A DNA stretch of 64,000 bases, from NCBI GenBank assembly GCA_963850905.1, contig CAWKMU010000003.1, positions 2,432,001 through 2,496,000 of the forward strand, written 5' to 3'. Position numbers and translations under genes: made by a program. Below, one piece after another: positions 10,667 to 21,238 of this stretch; the first letter of the stretch is position 1, and each line of letters begins with the position of its first letter. The notes under the pieces are model-generated. The model saw nothing but the letters and a program-made list of their open reading frames with translations, did no database searches and was not told where the DNA came from. This DNA comes from an uncultured Gemmatimonadales bacterium. Lineage in GTDB: Bacteria; Gemmatimonadota; Gemmatimonadetes; Gemmatimonadales; Gemmatimonadaceae.

Positions 10667-10772
10667 GCTAGACGCTGGACGCTGGAACAAACGTCAAGGC
10701 CAGCGATTAGTGCTGGAAACAGCCCTCGGGGCTTTTTCCCCAGCGTCCAGCGCCTAGCGTCCAGCGTCTAGC
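10667..10772. repeat. Heptamer-armed palindromic element (family B), copy 1
   Basis: GCTAGACGCTGGACGCTGG ... CCAGCGTCCAGCGCCTAGCGTCCAGCGTCTAGC inverted arms directly after the stop of the LptD-like gene. Confidence 0.85.
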
Positions 10773-10893
10773 TTCTTGCGTTTAGCTTTCCGTCACAAAC
10801 CCAGGGGCTGGCACGCTCATTATCCGGTGCCGGTCAACCGGGTGTCCGCGATCGAGGACGACGGGCCGCGAGGGAGATCGAAAGCTACGACGG

Positions 10894-10935
10894 ATCAGGC
10901 ACTTAGCGCCCTCAAACGGTTGGTCCGGACGGTGC
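10894..10935 (+). promoter_or_regulatory. Possible sigma-54 promoter with upstream IHF-like site
   Basis: TGGTCCGGACGGTGC (GG-N10-GC, 10921-10935) preceded by ATCAG-GCAC-TTA (10894-10905), resembling WATCAR-N4-TTR. Confidence 0.3.
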
Positions 10936-10976
10936 GTATTAGGTGCTGTAGTCTTCCTATCTACTAGGGGCGATTT

Positions 10977-11756
10977 ATGCGGAAGGGATTGTCGGTTTGC
11001 ATCGGCGTCGCTGCGGCCGCAACGCTGGGTGCGTGCTCGCAATCGACGACAAATCCGGTGTCGAATGTGGATCTGGGGAATCCGGATAGCCTACAGTACG
11101 TGCTCCTGCCAGGGGCGCCGCTGCAGCCTGAAGGCGTGATGCTGACATGGGTCGCCGCGACAGACCCCAACGTCGAGTCCTACTTCGTGTACGGGCGCGC
11201 GGACAGCGCCGCATCGTGGGCCATCGTCGCGCAAACCGCCGAGACCGAATACTTCGACGTCCAGCCCGCGCTGCAATACTACGTGGCGTCGGTGGACGGC
11301 TCGGGTGACATCAGCAGCGGCACGGCGACGATCACCATCGATACAACCCCGCCGATGCCAGCTCCCGGCGGCCTGAGCGGCGTTGGGCTCGATTCGGGCA
11401 CCGCGCTCACGTGGAACGACTCGGTCCGCGTCGATCACTCGACGATTTTCAATTACTACCGGGTCTATTCCGAGACTGCGAGCGGTAGCAGCTGTCCTAC
11501 AGCCGGCGCAGGCTTCGGCCTCGAGGGCACGACGGTGTCCGAAAACTTTGTCGTGACTGGCATCGCGAACGACACGCCGGTGTGCTACGGGGTGACGACA
11601 GTCTCGCAGCTCGGCCAGGAAAGTGCCCTCAGCCCCTGGGTCGTGGTGACGCCGTCCTCGACCGGCGGCAGTTTCGACATCGTCGCGCATCCGAATGCGA
11701 CGGTCGTTGTGCACCATGCTAGAGCGGGGCGGTCGGGAAAGGTGCGAAGGTCCTAA
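10977..11756 (+). CDS. Hypothetical lipoprotein with two fibronectin-III-like modules
   Basis: LGAC lipobox; two LTW...Y.VY...YYV-type beta-sandwich patterns. Confidence 0.7.
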   Translation: MRKGLSVCIGVAAAATLGACSQSTTNPVSNVDLGNPDSLQYVLLPGAPLQPEGVMLTWVAATDPNVESYFVYGRADSAASWAIVAQTAETEYFDVQPALQYYVASVDGSGDISSGTATITIDTTPPMPAPGGLSGVGLDSGTALTWNDSVRVDHSTIFNYYRVYSETASGSSCPTAGAGFGLEGTTVSENFVVTGIANDTPVCYGVTTVSQLGQESALSPWVVVTPSSTGGSFDIVAHPNATVVVHHARAGRSGKVRRS

Positions 11757-11791
11757 CGGCGGGATCAGGGGTCAGGGACAGGAGACAAATC

Positions 11792-11830
11792 GAGAAGGCC
11801 AGTCACGGTGAATTGTGGCTGGCCTTTCTC
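11792..11830 (+). terminator. Probable intrinsic terminator hairpin
   Basis: GAGAAGGCCAGTCAC-N8-GTGGCTGGCCTTTCTC downstream of the lipoprotein gene. Confidence 0.55.
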
Positions 11831-11847
11831 ATGGCCGGATCTCGAAA

Positions 11848-11959
11848 GGCATGAATGCCGCCCCTACATGTCGGCGTCGAGCGCAGCTCACAAGGCATGT
11901 CGACGAATCGGGTCGGACACTGTCCACGGCGACATGTAGGGGCGGGCTTCAGCCCGCCC
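11848..11959. repeat. GTAG-type REP doublet (REPIN-like, family A), copy 1
   Basis: GGCATGAATGCCGCCCCTAC ... GTAGGGGCGGGCTTCAGCCCGCCC in inverted orientation. Confidence 0.85.
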
Positions 11960-12017
11960 TGCTGTTGTTGGTCGTCGTGGTATCTTCCTGACCCCGCCTT
12001 TCTTGTATCTTCCCCCC

Positions 12018-13604
12018 ATGGCCCACTCGATTGTGCTCGACGGAGCCTCACTGTCCATCGAGGATGTGTGGGCGGTCGCCTCTGGGGCGCCCGTGTCGCT
12101 CGCAACACCCGCTCGTGTCCAGATGCAGCAGACGCGCGACGTGGTCGACGCCATCGTCGCCCGAGGGGACGTGGTCTACGGGGTGACCACGGGGTTCGGG
12201 AAGCTCTCCGATGTCGCGATCCCGCTCGACCACCTCGCCGACCTCCAGGTCAACCTGGTGCGCAGCCACTCCGCCGGCGTTGGCCCCCCACTCCCCGAGC
12301 GCGCTGTGCGCGCGATGATGCTGCTCCGCGCCAACGTCCTGGCCAAGGGGTTTTCCGGGTGCCGGCCAGTCTTGGTGGATCTGCTGGTTGGCATGTTGAA
12401 CGCGCACCTGTACCCGTCCATACCCGAACAAGGCAGTGTCGGAGCAAGTGGCGATCTGGCACCACTCGCCCACCTGGCGCTGGCGCTGATCGGGGAGGGC
12501 GACCTGCATCGCGGGCCCCAAACTGGCTCTGCAGCCGCTATGCTGCGAGACGCAGGGCTCACGCCGGTGACGCTCGCTCCCAAGGAGGGGCTTGCCCTCG
12601 TCAACGGCACACAGGCCCACACGGCAACCGCCGCGCTCGCGCTGGTCGAGGCCGGCCGCCTGTGGTGCGTGGCACACGTCGCGGGGGCCATGTCGCTCGA
12701 GGCCTTGCTCGGGACACCCGTTGCCTTCGATCCCCGCATCCAGGAAGTGCGCGGCCAGATCGGACAGCGCGAATCGGCGGCACTCCTACTGGAGCTCCTC
12801 GCCGACAGCGAGATCCGCGAGTCGCACCGGCTGGGTGATCCACGCATCCAGGACGCATATGCGCTCCGGTGCATGCCACAGGTGCATGGCCCGGTCCGCG
12901 ATGCACTCCGCTTTGCCGCCGAAGTGGTGGGACGCGAGTTGAACGCGGCCACGGACAACCCGCTCGTCTTCGACGACGGTACGCTCCTGAGCGGCGGCAA
13001 TTTCCACGGACAGGCGGTGGCCCTAGCACTGGACGTGCTCGCCATTGCGCTGACGAACCTGGCCACCATCAGCGAGCGACGTGTCGACCGTCTCGTGAAC
13101 CCCGACCTCAACCAGGGCCTCCCGGCGTTCCTGGCGCACGAACCCGGTCTGCACTCCGGGTTCATGATGGCGCAGGTGACGGCAGCGGCGCTGGCCTCTG
13201 AGTGCAAGGTGCTCGCGCATCCTGCGAGTGTCGACTCGATCCCCACCGATGGCGGAAAGGAAGACGTCGTCCCGATGGCAATGGCGGCGGCCTGGAAGCT
13301 CCGACGCATCGTGCACAACGTCCGCAATGTCCTGGCGATCGAGTTGATGTGTGCCGCGCAGGGCCTCGATTATCGCGCGCCTCTGAAGGCTGGCCGTGGC
13401 GCGGCGAAGGGTCATGCGCTCGTCCGCACGCTCGTCGAGCCGCTGACCGAGGATCGCGCGCTGAGTCCGGACATCGCCCGTCTTTCGGCGGCCGTCGAGG
13501 CGGGAGCGTTCGACCCGATCGCGAGTATCCACGTCGCTGACGCTCCCGGCAGCGACGTCCGGCGTCCAACGTCTAACGTGCAGCGTCTAACGACCAGCGT
13601 CTAA
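12018..13604 (+). CDS. hutH: Histidine ammonia-lyase
   Basis: [11 protein letters not shown] motif [20 protein letters not shown]; adjacent to hutU. Confidence 0.95.
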   Translation: MAHSIVLDGASLSIEDVWAVASGAPVSLATPARVQMQQTRDVVDAIVARGDVVYGVTTGFGKLSDVAIPLDHLADLQVNLVRSHSAGVGPPLPERAVRAMMLLRANVLAKGFSGCRPVLVDLLVGMLNAHLYPSIPEQGSVGASGDLAPLAHLALALIGEGDLHRGPQTGSAAAMLRDAGLTPVTLAPKEGLALVNGTQAHTATAALALVEAGRLWCVAHVAGAMSLEALLGTPVAFDPRIQEVRGQIGQRESAALLLELLADSEIRESHRLGDPRIQDAYALRCMPQVHGPVRDALRFAAEVVGRELNAATDNPLVFDDGTLLSGGNFHGQAVALALDVLAIALTNLATISERRVDRLVNPDLNQGLPAFLAHEPGLHSGFMMAQVTAAALASECKVLAHPASVDSIPTDGGKEDVVPMAMAAAWKLRRIVHNVRNVLAIELMCAAQGLDYRAPLKAGRGAAKGHALVRTLVEPLTEDRALSPDIARLSAAVEAGAFDPIASIHVADAPGSDVRRPTSNVQRLTTSV

Positions 13605-13618
13605 CGTCCAGCGTCCAA
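13556..13618 (+). repeat. Nine tandem CGTCYAR-like heptamers overlapping the 3' end of hutH
   Basis: CGTCCGG CGTCCAA CGTCTAA CGTGCAG CGTCTAA CGACCAG CGTCTAA CGTCCAG CGTCCAA; same unit as the family B arms. Confidence 0.85.
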
Positions 13619-13623
13619 TCCCC

Positions 13624-15336
13624 ATGTCTCCATCGTCCGACGTCCTCGACGCCTCCTCCCCGCAATCCGGCGTACGCGGCCGCGCACGTCGGGTCTCGGC
13701 CCCCCGCGGGTCACAGATCAGGTGCCGCGGCTGGCCGCAGGAAGCCGCGTTGCGGATGCTCATGAACAACCTCGATCCCGACGTCGCTGAGCGCCCGGAT
13801 GACCTCGTCGTCTACGGTGGAACCGGACGAGCCGCACGCAGCTGGGAGGCATTCGACGCCATTGTGTCCACCCTCGAGCGGCTCGGCGACGACGAAACGT
13901 TGATTGTGCAGAGCGGCAAGCCTGTCGCTGTCTTTCGCACACACCGAAACGCGCCGCGCGTGCTCATCGCGAACAGCAACCTCGTGCCCCGATGGGCGAC
14001 GTGGGATGAATTCCGTCGCCTCGAGCACATGGGCCTGACGATGTTTGGTCAGATGACGGCCGGCTCGTGGATCTACATCGGTTCTCAGGGAATCCTGCAG
14101 GGCACGTACGAGACGTTTGCCGCGGTCGCTGCGCGGCATTTCGGCGGGTCGCTCGCTGGCCGGCTCGTCGTCACCGCCGGACTCGGCGGGATGGGTGGCG
14201 CGCAGCCGCTGGCGGCGACGATGAATGGCGCCGTCTTGCTGGGGATCGAGGTCGATCCGGCCCGCATCGAGAAACGAGTCGCCACAGGCTACTGCGATCG
14301 GATCACCCGCGACATCGACGAAGCGATGACCTGGATCCGCGACGCGCAGCGTACGGGTTCGGCCGTGTCCGTCGGTCTCGTGGGGAATGCAGGTGAGGTG
14401 CTGCCTGGGCTCGTCCGTGCCGGGATCACACCGGATGTGCTGACGGATCAGACGAGCGCACACGACATGCTCAACGGGTACGTTCCCGCGGGACTGACAC
14501 TCGAGGAGTCGGCTGCGCTCCGGCGCGACGACCCGGCGGCATACGTCGCGCGATCGACCGCCACGGCAGTGGCGCATGTGCGGGCGATGTTGGATCTCCG
14601 TCGTCGTGGCGCAATCACTTTCGACTATGGGAACAACATCAGGACCGTCGCGTTCGATGCTGGTGTGACCGACGCGTTCGATATTCCAGGTTTCGTCCCC
14701 GAATACATCCGGCCCCTGTTCTGCGAAGGCAAAGGTCCGTTCCGATGGGTGGCGCTGTCCGGAGACCCGCGTGACATTTATCGCACCGACGATCTCGCAC
14801 GCGAGCTCTTCCCGAACGACACCAAGCTGATGCGCTGGCTGACGCTGGCGCGCGACCGCGTGCACTTCCAGGGATTGCCGGCGCGGATCTGCTGGCTCGG
14901 TCAGGGCGAGCGCGCGCGCTTTGGCGTCGCAATGAACGACCTCGTCGCGCGGGGCGAACTATCGGCGCCCATCGTCATCGGACGGGATCATCTCGATACC
15001 GGGAGCGTTGCCTCACCTTTCCGCGAGACGGAAAATATGCGCGACGGGAGCGACGCCATCGCCGACTGGGCGATTCTCAATGCGATGCTCAATGTCGCGA
15101 GTGGCGCGTCATGGGTTTCGTTCCATCACGGCGGCGGCGTCGGCATCGGGAACTCGCTGCACGCAGGCCAGGTCATCGTCGCCGACGGCACGCCCGAAAT
15201 GCGCGAGCGATTGGCCCGCGTGCTGACGAACGATCCCGGTATCGGCGTCGCCCGCCATGCAGACGCCGGCTATGAGCTCGCGATCGAGACCGCACGAGAG
15301 CAAGGAATTGATTTGCCGATGATAAGGCCGCGGTGA
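13624..15336 (+). CDS. hutU: Urocanate hydratase
   Basis: [41 protein letters not shown]. Confidence 0.97.
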   Translation: MSPSSDVLDASSPQSGVRGRARRVSAPRGSQIRCRGWPQEAALRMLMNNLDPDVAERPDDLVVYGGTGRAARSWEAFDAIVSTLERLGDDETLIVQSGKPVAVFRTHRNAPRVLIANSNLVPRWATWDEFRRLEHMGLTMFGQMTAGSWIYIGSQGILQGTYETFAAVAARHFGGSLAGRLVVTAGLGGMGGAQPLAATMNGAVLLGIEVDPARIEKRVATGYCDRITRDIDEAMTWIRDAQRTGSAVSVGLVGNAGEVLPGLVRAGITPDVLTDQTSAHDMLNGYVPAGLTLEESAALRRDDPAAYVARSTATAVAHVRAMLDLRRRGAITFDYGNNIRTVAFDAGVTDAFDIPGFVPEYIRPLFCEGKGPFRWVALSGDPRDIYRTDDLARELFPNDTKLMRWLTLARDRVHFQGLPARICWLGQGERARFGVAMNDLVARGELSAPIVIGRDHLDTGSVASPFRETENMRDGSDAIADWAILNAMLNVASGASWVSFHHGGGVGIGNSLHAGQVIVADGTPEMRERLARVLTNDPGIGVARHADAGYELAIETAREQGIDLPMIRPR

Positions 15337-15423
15337 CGCGACTATGCACGATGCAATGCCGTCTCAATTGGTGGTACACGTGATGAATGCACGGGTTATC
15401 CAACGGCGGTCGTTGTCGTCCGC

Positions 15424-15564
15424 GGGCGGCCTGAAGGCCGCCCCTACATGTTGCTGCGGACAGTACACGCACGGGATTGGTCGACGCGTAATCACGAACC
15501 TCGCCAGAGCACTCCGCGGTCCGAGCAGCCACACCGACATGTAGGGGCGGGCTTCAGCCCGCCC
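15424..15564. repeat. GTAG-type REP doublet (family A), copy 2
   Basis: GGGCGGCCTGAAGGCCGCCCCTAC ... GTAGGGGCGGGCTTCAGCCCGCCC. Confidence 0.9.
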
Positions 15565-15622
15565 TGTTGTTGGCCGTTGTCGTTCTCGTTTCCCTGATCC
15601 CTGACCCCGCCATTCCGGCCCT

Positions 15623-16594
15623 GTGCTCTCCGCCCGTTTCAAACCCTGGCACGTCCCGGCCTTCATCGCGAAGTACCTCTACCTGACCGCGATGCGGAAG
15701 CCGATCCTCGTGCATTTCGAGGTGACGCTCCGGTGTAATGCGCGGTGTGGGTTCTGCGACTACTGGCGCACGGATCCCGCGACTCGTGCCAGCGAGCAGG
15801 CGAGCTTTGCCGCCGCCGCGCGGTACTTCAATCCGCTCATGGTGACGTTCACGGGTGGCGAGCCGCTGCTCCGGCGTGACCTCGAGGATATCGTGCGAGG
15901 GGTCGCGGACGCGGTCGGTCTCGCCTATATCACGCTCATCACACATGGCGGGATGCTCACGGTCGAGCGAGCGCTCGCGCTCTGGGCTGCCGGCATCAAT
16001 CAGTTCAACATCTCGCTGGACTATCTCGATGGCCGCCACGATGCGGCTCGCGGGATTCCCAACCTCACCGCACGGATCTTCGATGTCGTGGACGGGATGC
16101 GCACCCGCGGGATCGACAGTGTCCGGTTCAATACGGTGATCCGGAACGACAATCTCGATCAGCTGCTCCCGATCGTGCAGCGGGCGGCCGAGTTGGGGTG
16201 CGGCGTCAACTTCAGCCTGTACACCGACACGAAGAACGGAAACCGTGAGTTCCTCCTCGATCCAGCGCAGCTCGGCCAGCTCGACGCCGTGATTGCCGCA
16301 CTTCTGGCCTACAAGCACGCCCGGCGCGGCGTGATCACCAGCTCGGACTACTACCTCGCACAGATCCCGCGGTTCGTGCGTGGCGAGGTGCGGGAGCCGT
16401 GTCAGTCGGGTATCCGCACCATCCACCTGGACCCGACGGGCCGGGTGAAACGGTGCCCTGACTTCCCGACCGACTTTCATTGGACTGAGTACCGTCGCTA
16501 CGCGCCCATTAGCTGTGCGGCCTGCTTCTACGCGTGTCGGGGTGAGGCGCAGGCCCCACTTCAGTGGTCGCGCGTGCGCGACGTCATGGCATGA
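15623..16594 (+). CDS. Radical SAM protein with C-terminal Cys-rich (SPASM/twitch-like) region
   Basis: CNARCGFC (CxxxCxxC), FTGGEPLL, C-terminal CQSG...RCPD...CAACFYAC. Confidence 0.88.
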   Translation: MLSARFKPWHVPAFIAKYLYLTAMRKPILVHFEVTLRCNARCGFCDYWRTDPATRASEQASFAAAARYFNPLMVTFTGGEPLLRRDLEDIVRGVADAVGLAYITLITHGGMLTVERALALWAAGINQFNISLDYLDGRHDAARGIPNLTARIFDVVDGMRTRGIDSVRFNTVIRNDNLDQLLPIVQRAAELGCGVNFSLYTDTKNGNREFLLDPAQLGQLDAVIAALLAYKHARRGVITSSDYYLAQIPRFVRGEVREPCQSGIRTIHLDPTGRVKRCPDFPTDFHWTEYRRYAPISCAACFYACRGEAQAPLQWSRVRDVMA

Positions 16595-16619
16595 GCGGAC
16601 GACTGGCCGCTCGCGCGGC

Positions 16620-17888
16620 ATGACCCTGCTCTTTGTCGACGCGGCCCAGGTCGCGACGTGTGCGGGACCGGGTCGGGCACGACGAGGCCGCGAAATGGCG
16701 GATGCTGGGATCGTCCGCGATGCGGCTGTCGCAGTGGTCGAGGATCGCATCGTGGCGGTCGGTCCGCAGCCGGAGCTGGAACACCGCTATCCCGACGCGA
16801 GTCGCATCGATTGTCGCGGCGGGGTGCTGACACCCGGGCTCGTGGATTCGCACACCCATGCGATCTTCGGTCGCGCGCGCTACGACGAACAGGAGCGACG
16901 GGCGCTCGGCGCCGACTATCTCGCCATCGCCGCCGCAGGCGGTGGCATTCACGCGTCAGTCCGGGACCTGCGGGAGCGTTCCGAGGACGATCTGCTCGTG
17001 CTGGCGGAGGCCCGTATCCGGCGCCTCGCGTCGTACGGCACGACCACCGTCGAGGTGAAGTCGGGCTACGGTCTATCGGTGGACGACGAGCTCAAGATGT
17101 TGCGGGTGGCGGCGCGCGCCGCACAGACGCTGCCCATACGCATCGTGTCGACCTGGCTGGGTGCGCACGAGATCCCGATCGAGTTCCGCCAGCGCCCGAA
17201 CGGGCGCCGCGCCTACATCGATCTGTTGGTGAACGACATGTTGCCGTGCGTCGCTCGAGAACGGCTTGCGTCGTTCGCCGACGTGTTCTGCGAGCCAGGT
17301 GTGTTCACGGTCGCGGAGTCGCGCGAGATCCTGGAGGCGGCCCGTCGTGCGGGTCTCGGGGTCAAGATGCACGCCGACGAGTTGGCGGGGGGCGGGGGCG
17401 CGGAGCTGGCGGCGGCCTTGGGCGCGACGTCTGCGGATCACCTAGCCGCCATCTCCAGCGCGGGCGTTGCGGCTCTGGCCGAGTCGGCCACGATTGCCAC
17501 GTTGCTACCCGGCACGATGCTGTTCCTGGGGAAGTCGACTCACGGGCCGGCCCGCACCCTCATCGAGGCTGGGGCCGCCGTCGCGCTGGCTACGGATTTC
17601 AACCCGGGTACCTCGCCAACGGTCAACTTTCCCCTGATTCTCACCCTCGGCGTCAGCCAACTGCGTCTGTCAGTGGCCGAAGCGCTGATCGCAGCGACGG
17701 TTAACGGAGCGGCCGCGCTCGGGCTCGCCGGTAAAATCGGCCAGCTGGCACCGGGCTTTTCGGCCGATCTCGCCCTGTTCGATATTGAGGACGTGCGCGA
17801 GTTGCCGTATTGGTATGGCGACCGTCGTTGCCTGGCGACGTGGGCACGAGGCAAATCTTGTCGCCCATTTGACTTACCGGTACCTTAA
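16620..17888 (+). CDS. hutI: Imidazolonepropionase
   Basis: DSHTH, EVKSGYG, DVFCE, HADE, SADHL, ATDFNPGTS. Confidence 0.95.
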   Translation: MTLLFVDAAQVATCAGPGRARRGREMADAGIVRDAAVAVVEDRIVAVGPQPELEHRYPDASRIDCRGGVLTPGLVDSHTHAIFGRARYDEQERRALGADYLAIAAAGGGIHASVRDLRERSEDDLLVLAEARIRRLASYGTTTVEVKSGYGLSVDDELKMLRVAARAAQTLPIRIVSTWLGAHEIPIEFRQRPNGRRAYIDLLVNDMLPCVARERLASFADVFCEPGVFTVAESREILEAARRAGLGVKMHADELAGGGGAELAAALGATSADHLAAISSAGVAALAESATIATLLPGTMLFLGKSTHGPARTLIEAGAAVALATDFNPGTSPTVNFPLILTLGVSQLRLSVAEALIAATVNGAAALGLAGKIGQLAPGFSADLALFDIEDVRELPYWYGDRRCLATWARGKSCRPFDLPVP

Positions 17889-18022
17889 TCAGTCTTGCGT
17901 GGGACGGGGTGTAGCCCGCTTCAGCCCATCCCACGCGTCCGCGCGTGTGGCCGGCTGTTGTCGGCTGCCCCTGTGGGCCGGCCAAACGCCGTCCCACGCC
18001 GACCGCCGCACACACACCGCTG

Positions 18023-21000
18023 ATGTCGAACGCTGCCAAGCTCAAGAAAAAGGCCGCTGAGTTCGAGCAGAAAAAGCAGTTCGACAAAGCCCTCCAGCTA
18101 TACATCCAGATTCTGGATGAGGGCGACGACGACGAGGGCGAAGGCGACGTCGCCCTCTACAACCGCGTCGGCGACCTGCTCATGCGGCAGGGCAACGTCG
18201 GCGACGCGATGACGTATTACGAAAAAGCCGTCGATCTGTACGCCGAGAGCGGCTTCTTCAACAACGCGATCGCGCTGTGTAACAAGATTCTCCGCCAGTC
18301 ACCGGGGCGGAACTCGGTGTATTACAAGCTTGGCAAGATCAGCGCGAAGAAGGGCTTCATCAGCGATGCCAAGCAGAACTTCCTCGAGTATGCGAGCCGC
18401 ATGCAGAGCAGCGGCCATCTCGACGAAGCATTTCGAGCGCTCAAGGAATTCGCCGACCTCTGTCCGGATCAGGATGACATCCGGTTGATGCTGGCCGAGC
18501 AGCTTTCCAAGAAGGATCGTAAGAAGGAAGCGCTCGAGCAGCTGCAGTTGCTGTACGAGAAGTTCGAGGCCGAGGGACGCGGCGAGGACATGCGTGCGAC
18601 CGTCAGCCGGATGCGGTCGATCGACCCCGCTGCTGAGCCGAAGACCGGTAGCGGTATCCGGAATCAGAAGTCGAGCGACCTCGTGTTCCTGGATCTGACG
18701 GACGGAGCATCGCAACCCGGTGCGCCGCCGGGTCGCGGTCAGGATAAGTCACGCTCAGGTCCGCCTCCGCGTCGTTCCGGTGAGGCTCGAAAGACGGTTC
18801 CTGTGCCCGCGGAGCCGGAGCCTGATGAACCACCGATGGATCTGCGACTGTCGGATCAGGGTGCCGAATCGCTGGCGCCACCCGAGGCTGAGGCAGAAGA
18901 CGACGATCTGCTGCCGCTGCCCCCGATGGAGGAGCCGCCACCTGTCGTCGAGGGATTCGAGAGCGACAGTCAGCGTGCGTCCGAAACGGCCGCCGAGCGC
19001 GAACGGGTGACTGGTTTCGAGCCGTCGGCTCTGGACGACGAGTTGTCCCAAGCGCTCGACGCGGCATTGCCGGACGTCGAGCCTCCGCTGAGCGGCCAGC
19101 AGTTCGCCGCTTTGAGGCTGTCGACTCCGCTCAACGTCCCGACGTTGATGCCGCCCGAGCACGACCTCGCGCTGCCTGGGCAGCTTCCTCCGATTGGCGG
19201 GGGTGCTCGGTCGATGCTGTCGCTCACCGACGAGATGGAACTGATCATACCGGACAGCGAAGACCCGGTATCATCGCCATTGCGATCAGGGGCGGGGAGC
19301 GCCGTCCCGCTCAGGTCCACCAGTCAGCCGCCGTTTCACGGGGCCGCCCCGGACGCGCCGTCCGATCCGCTCCCGCTGATCGGGGTCGACGGCGGTTCTC
19401 GCCAAGCGCCGCCGCCGTCGACCCCGCGTAGTGATGGCCTCACGTTCGTGGGAGGGGCCGAGCTCCTCGACATGCCGGATCTGGACGACGAGTCGGAGGA
19501 CGCCACCACCCCGCCACCCATCGTACGTGACCCAGCGAGCAAGCGACCGAGCTCACGCGTGCATCGTGAGGCACTGGCCGACGAGACGACGAGCCTGGCC
19601 GGTTGGCTGCACGAGGACGTTGAGCCGCAGGCGGGGGGAGCCAATGGGTCTACCCCATCGGGCGACGCCCTTCCTGATTTGCCGAAAACCGCCGCCGGGC
19701 ATCGACGGCGGTCCGACGCGGTCTCTCACTCAGCGCTGGCGCGTTCGGTGGACGCCCTCAAGGGGCAAGTCGAATCCGATCCCTCGAATTGGCAACTCCG
19801 TCGGCGATTGGCGGAAGCGTTGCTCGACGCCGGAGAACGCGAGGCGGGCGTTCAGGTACTCGAAGCGGCAATGGTGGGTCTCGAGCGAAGCCAGGACTTG
19901 GAGGGTGCGCGTTCGGTGGCCGACGAGATCATTCGCCTGATACCGAACTCGGTCCGCCACCATCAGAAGCGCGTGGAGTACGCGTTTCGCACGAGCGACC
20001 GTTCGCGGCTACCCCAGGCGTACCTGGAGCTGGCCGACGCGTTGTTTCGGTCCGGGCAGGCAGATAAGGCTCGGGCCGTCTATCAGCGGGTCTTGGAACT
20101 CGCGCCCGACGATCCGCGGGCGCAGGCCGCACTCAGTACCTTCGGCGACGACTTCATCGAGCCCCTGGACCTGCCTGAGCCGGACCTCCTGGAGCCAGAA
20201 GGGCCGGCGACAGGGGAGGACTCAACCGACGTGTTGCCATTGGTGCGTCCTCCTCAGTCGCCCAGCGCTGGCCCTAAAGCGGGCCGTCCGGGCGGACGAG
20301 GCGTCGTAGCGCCGTCAGCCGCGCCCACCGCGCCCGGTCGCAGCGGGTTGCGCATGCCGCCACCAGGTCCGGCCACGCTGCCAGAGCCGCTCGAGCCGTC
20401 GGACGGCCCTCCAGATGTGCGTCCAATCCGTCCCGAGCCACGCTCAGGCAAGGGGCCGGACGCCCCCGCGATCGCCCAGCCCGAACAGAAGCCGGCAGGC
20501 AAGGGGGACCCACGCCTGCCGGGGCGCGGCGGGCGAGCTCCGGCACCGGAGGCGAAGCCTGCTGCCAAGGCAGAAATCCGCCCAAATCCACCAGGCGGCG
20601 CTCCTCGCCTGCCGGCGAAAGGCCCGGCGGCGCCGCAGCGGCCACCTGGAGGGCTGACGGTACGGCCGGACGCGGGAGCTGCGAGCCCGGCGGCACCGGA
20701 CGGGATCGGCCGCGACTACGTCAACCTCGGCGATTGGCTGCGGGATGACGAAGGCCCGCGCTCGCTCCGCATGGTGGTCGAGGACGAGAAGCCGACTGGC
20801 GACGAGGCCGCGGACTTCGCGGACATGCTGCGTAGGTTCAAGCAAGGGATCGCCGAAAACGTGTCCGAGGAGGACCACGAAAGCCATTACGACCTCGGGG
20901 TGGCGTACAAGGAAATGGGGCTCGTCGATGAGGCCATTGCCGAGTTCCAGAAAGCGCTCCGGGGCAGAGACCGCGTGCGCACATACGAAGCGCTCGGCCA

Positions 21001-21238
21001 ATGTTTCATGGAAAAGGAACAGTTTACTGTGGCGGCGACGATTCTCAGCCGCGCGTTGACTGAACCGGGCGTGACCGACGATCAGCTAGTAGGCGTCCTG
21101 TATCTCCTGGGTTATGCTTCCGAGGCGCTGATGCGCTGGGAGGCTGCCGTGGGCTATTATCAACGCGTGTTTGCCGTCGATATTCGATTCCGGGACGCAG
21201 CCGAACGGCTCGCGGCGATTGAACGGACGTCGCGGTGA
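18023..21238 (+). CDS. Large TPR protein (SgmX-like architecture)
   Basis: N-terminal TPRs (YAESGFFNNAIALCNKILR), central TPR block, Pro/acidic linkers, C-terminal HYDLGVAYKEMGL TPRs. Confidence 0.75.
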   Translation: MSNAAKLKKKAAEFEQKKQFDKALQLYIQILDEGDDDEGEGDVALYNRVGDLLMRQGNVGDAMTYYEKAVDLYAESGFFNNAIALCNKILRQSPGRNSVYYKLGKISAKKGFISDAKQNFLEYASRMQSSGHLDEAFRALKEFADLCPDQDDIRLMLAEQLSKKDRKKEALEQLQLLYEKFEAEGRGEDMRATVSRMRSIDPAAEPKTGSGIRNQKSSDLVFLDLTDGASQPGAPPGRGQDKSRSGPPPRRSGEARKTVPVPAEPEPDEPPMDLRLSDQGAESLAPPEAEAEDDDLLPLPPMEEPPPVVEGFESDSQRASETAAERERVTGFEPSALDDELSQALDAALPDVEPPLSGQQFAALRLSTPLNVPTLMPPEHDLALPGQLPPIGGGARSMLSLTDEMELIIPDSEDPVSSPLRSGAGSAVPLRSTSQPPFHGAAPDAPSDPLPLIGVDGGSRQAPPPSTPRSDGLTFVGGAELLDMPDLDDESEDATTPPPIVRDPASKRPSSRVHREALADETTSLAGWLHEDVEPQAGGANGSTPSGDALPDLPKTAAGHRRRSDAVSHSALARSVDALKGQVESDPSNWQLRRRLAEALLDAGEREAGVQVLEAAMVGLERSQDLEGARSVADEIIRLIPNSVRHHQKRVEYAFRTSDRSRLPQAYLELADALFRSGQADKARAVYQRVLELAPDDPRAQAALSTFGDDFIEPLDLPEPDLLEPEGPATGEDSTDVLPLVRPPQSPSAGPKAGRPGGRGVVAPSAAPTAPGRSGLRMPPPGPATLPEPLEPSDGPPDVRPIRPEPRSGKGPDAPAIAQPEQKPAGKGDPRLPGRGGRAPAPEAKPAAKAEIRPNPPGGAPRLPAKGPAAPQRPPGGLTVRPDAGAASPAAPDGIGRDYVNLGDWLRDDEGPRSLRMVVEDEKPTGDEAADFADMLRRFKQGIAENVSEEDHESHYDLGVAYKEMGLVDEAIAEFQKALRGRDRVRTYEALGQCFMEKEQFTVAATILSRALTEPGVTDDQLVGVLYLLGYASEALMRWEAAVGYYQRVFAVDIRFRDAAERLAAIERTSR

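Noticed and set aside
10809..10823. TGGCACGCTCATTAT as a sigma-54 promoter
   Set aside because: The -24 half is good but the invariant -12 GC is missing.
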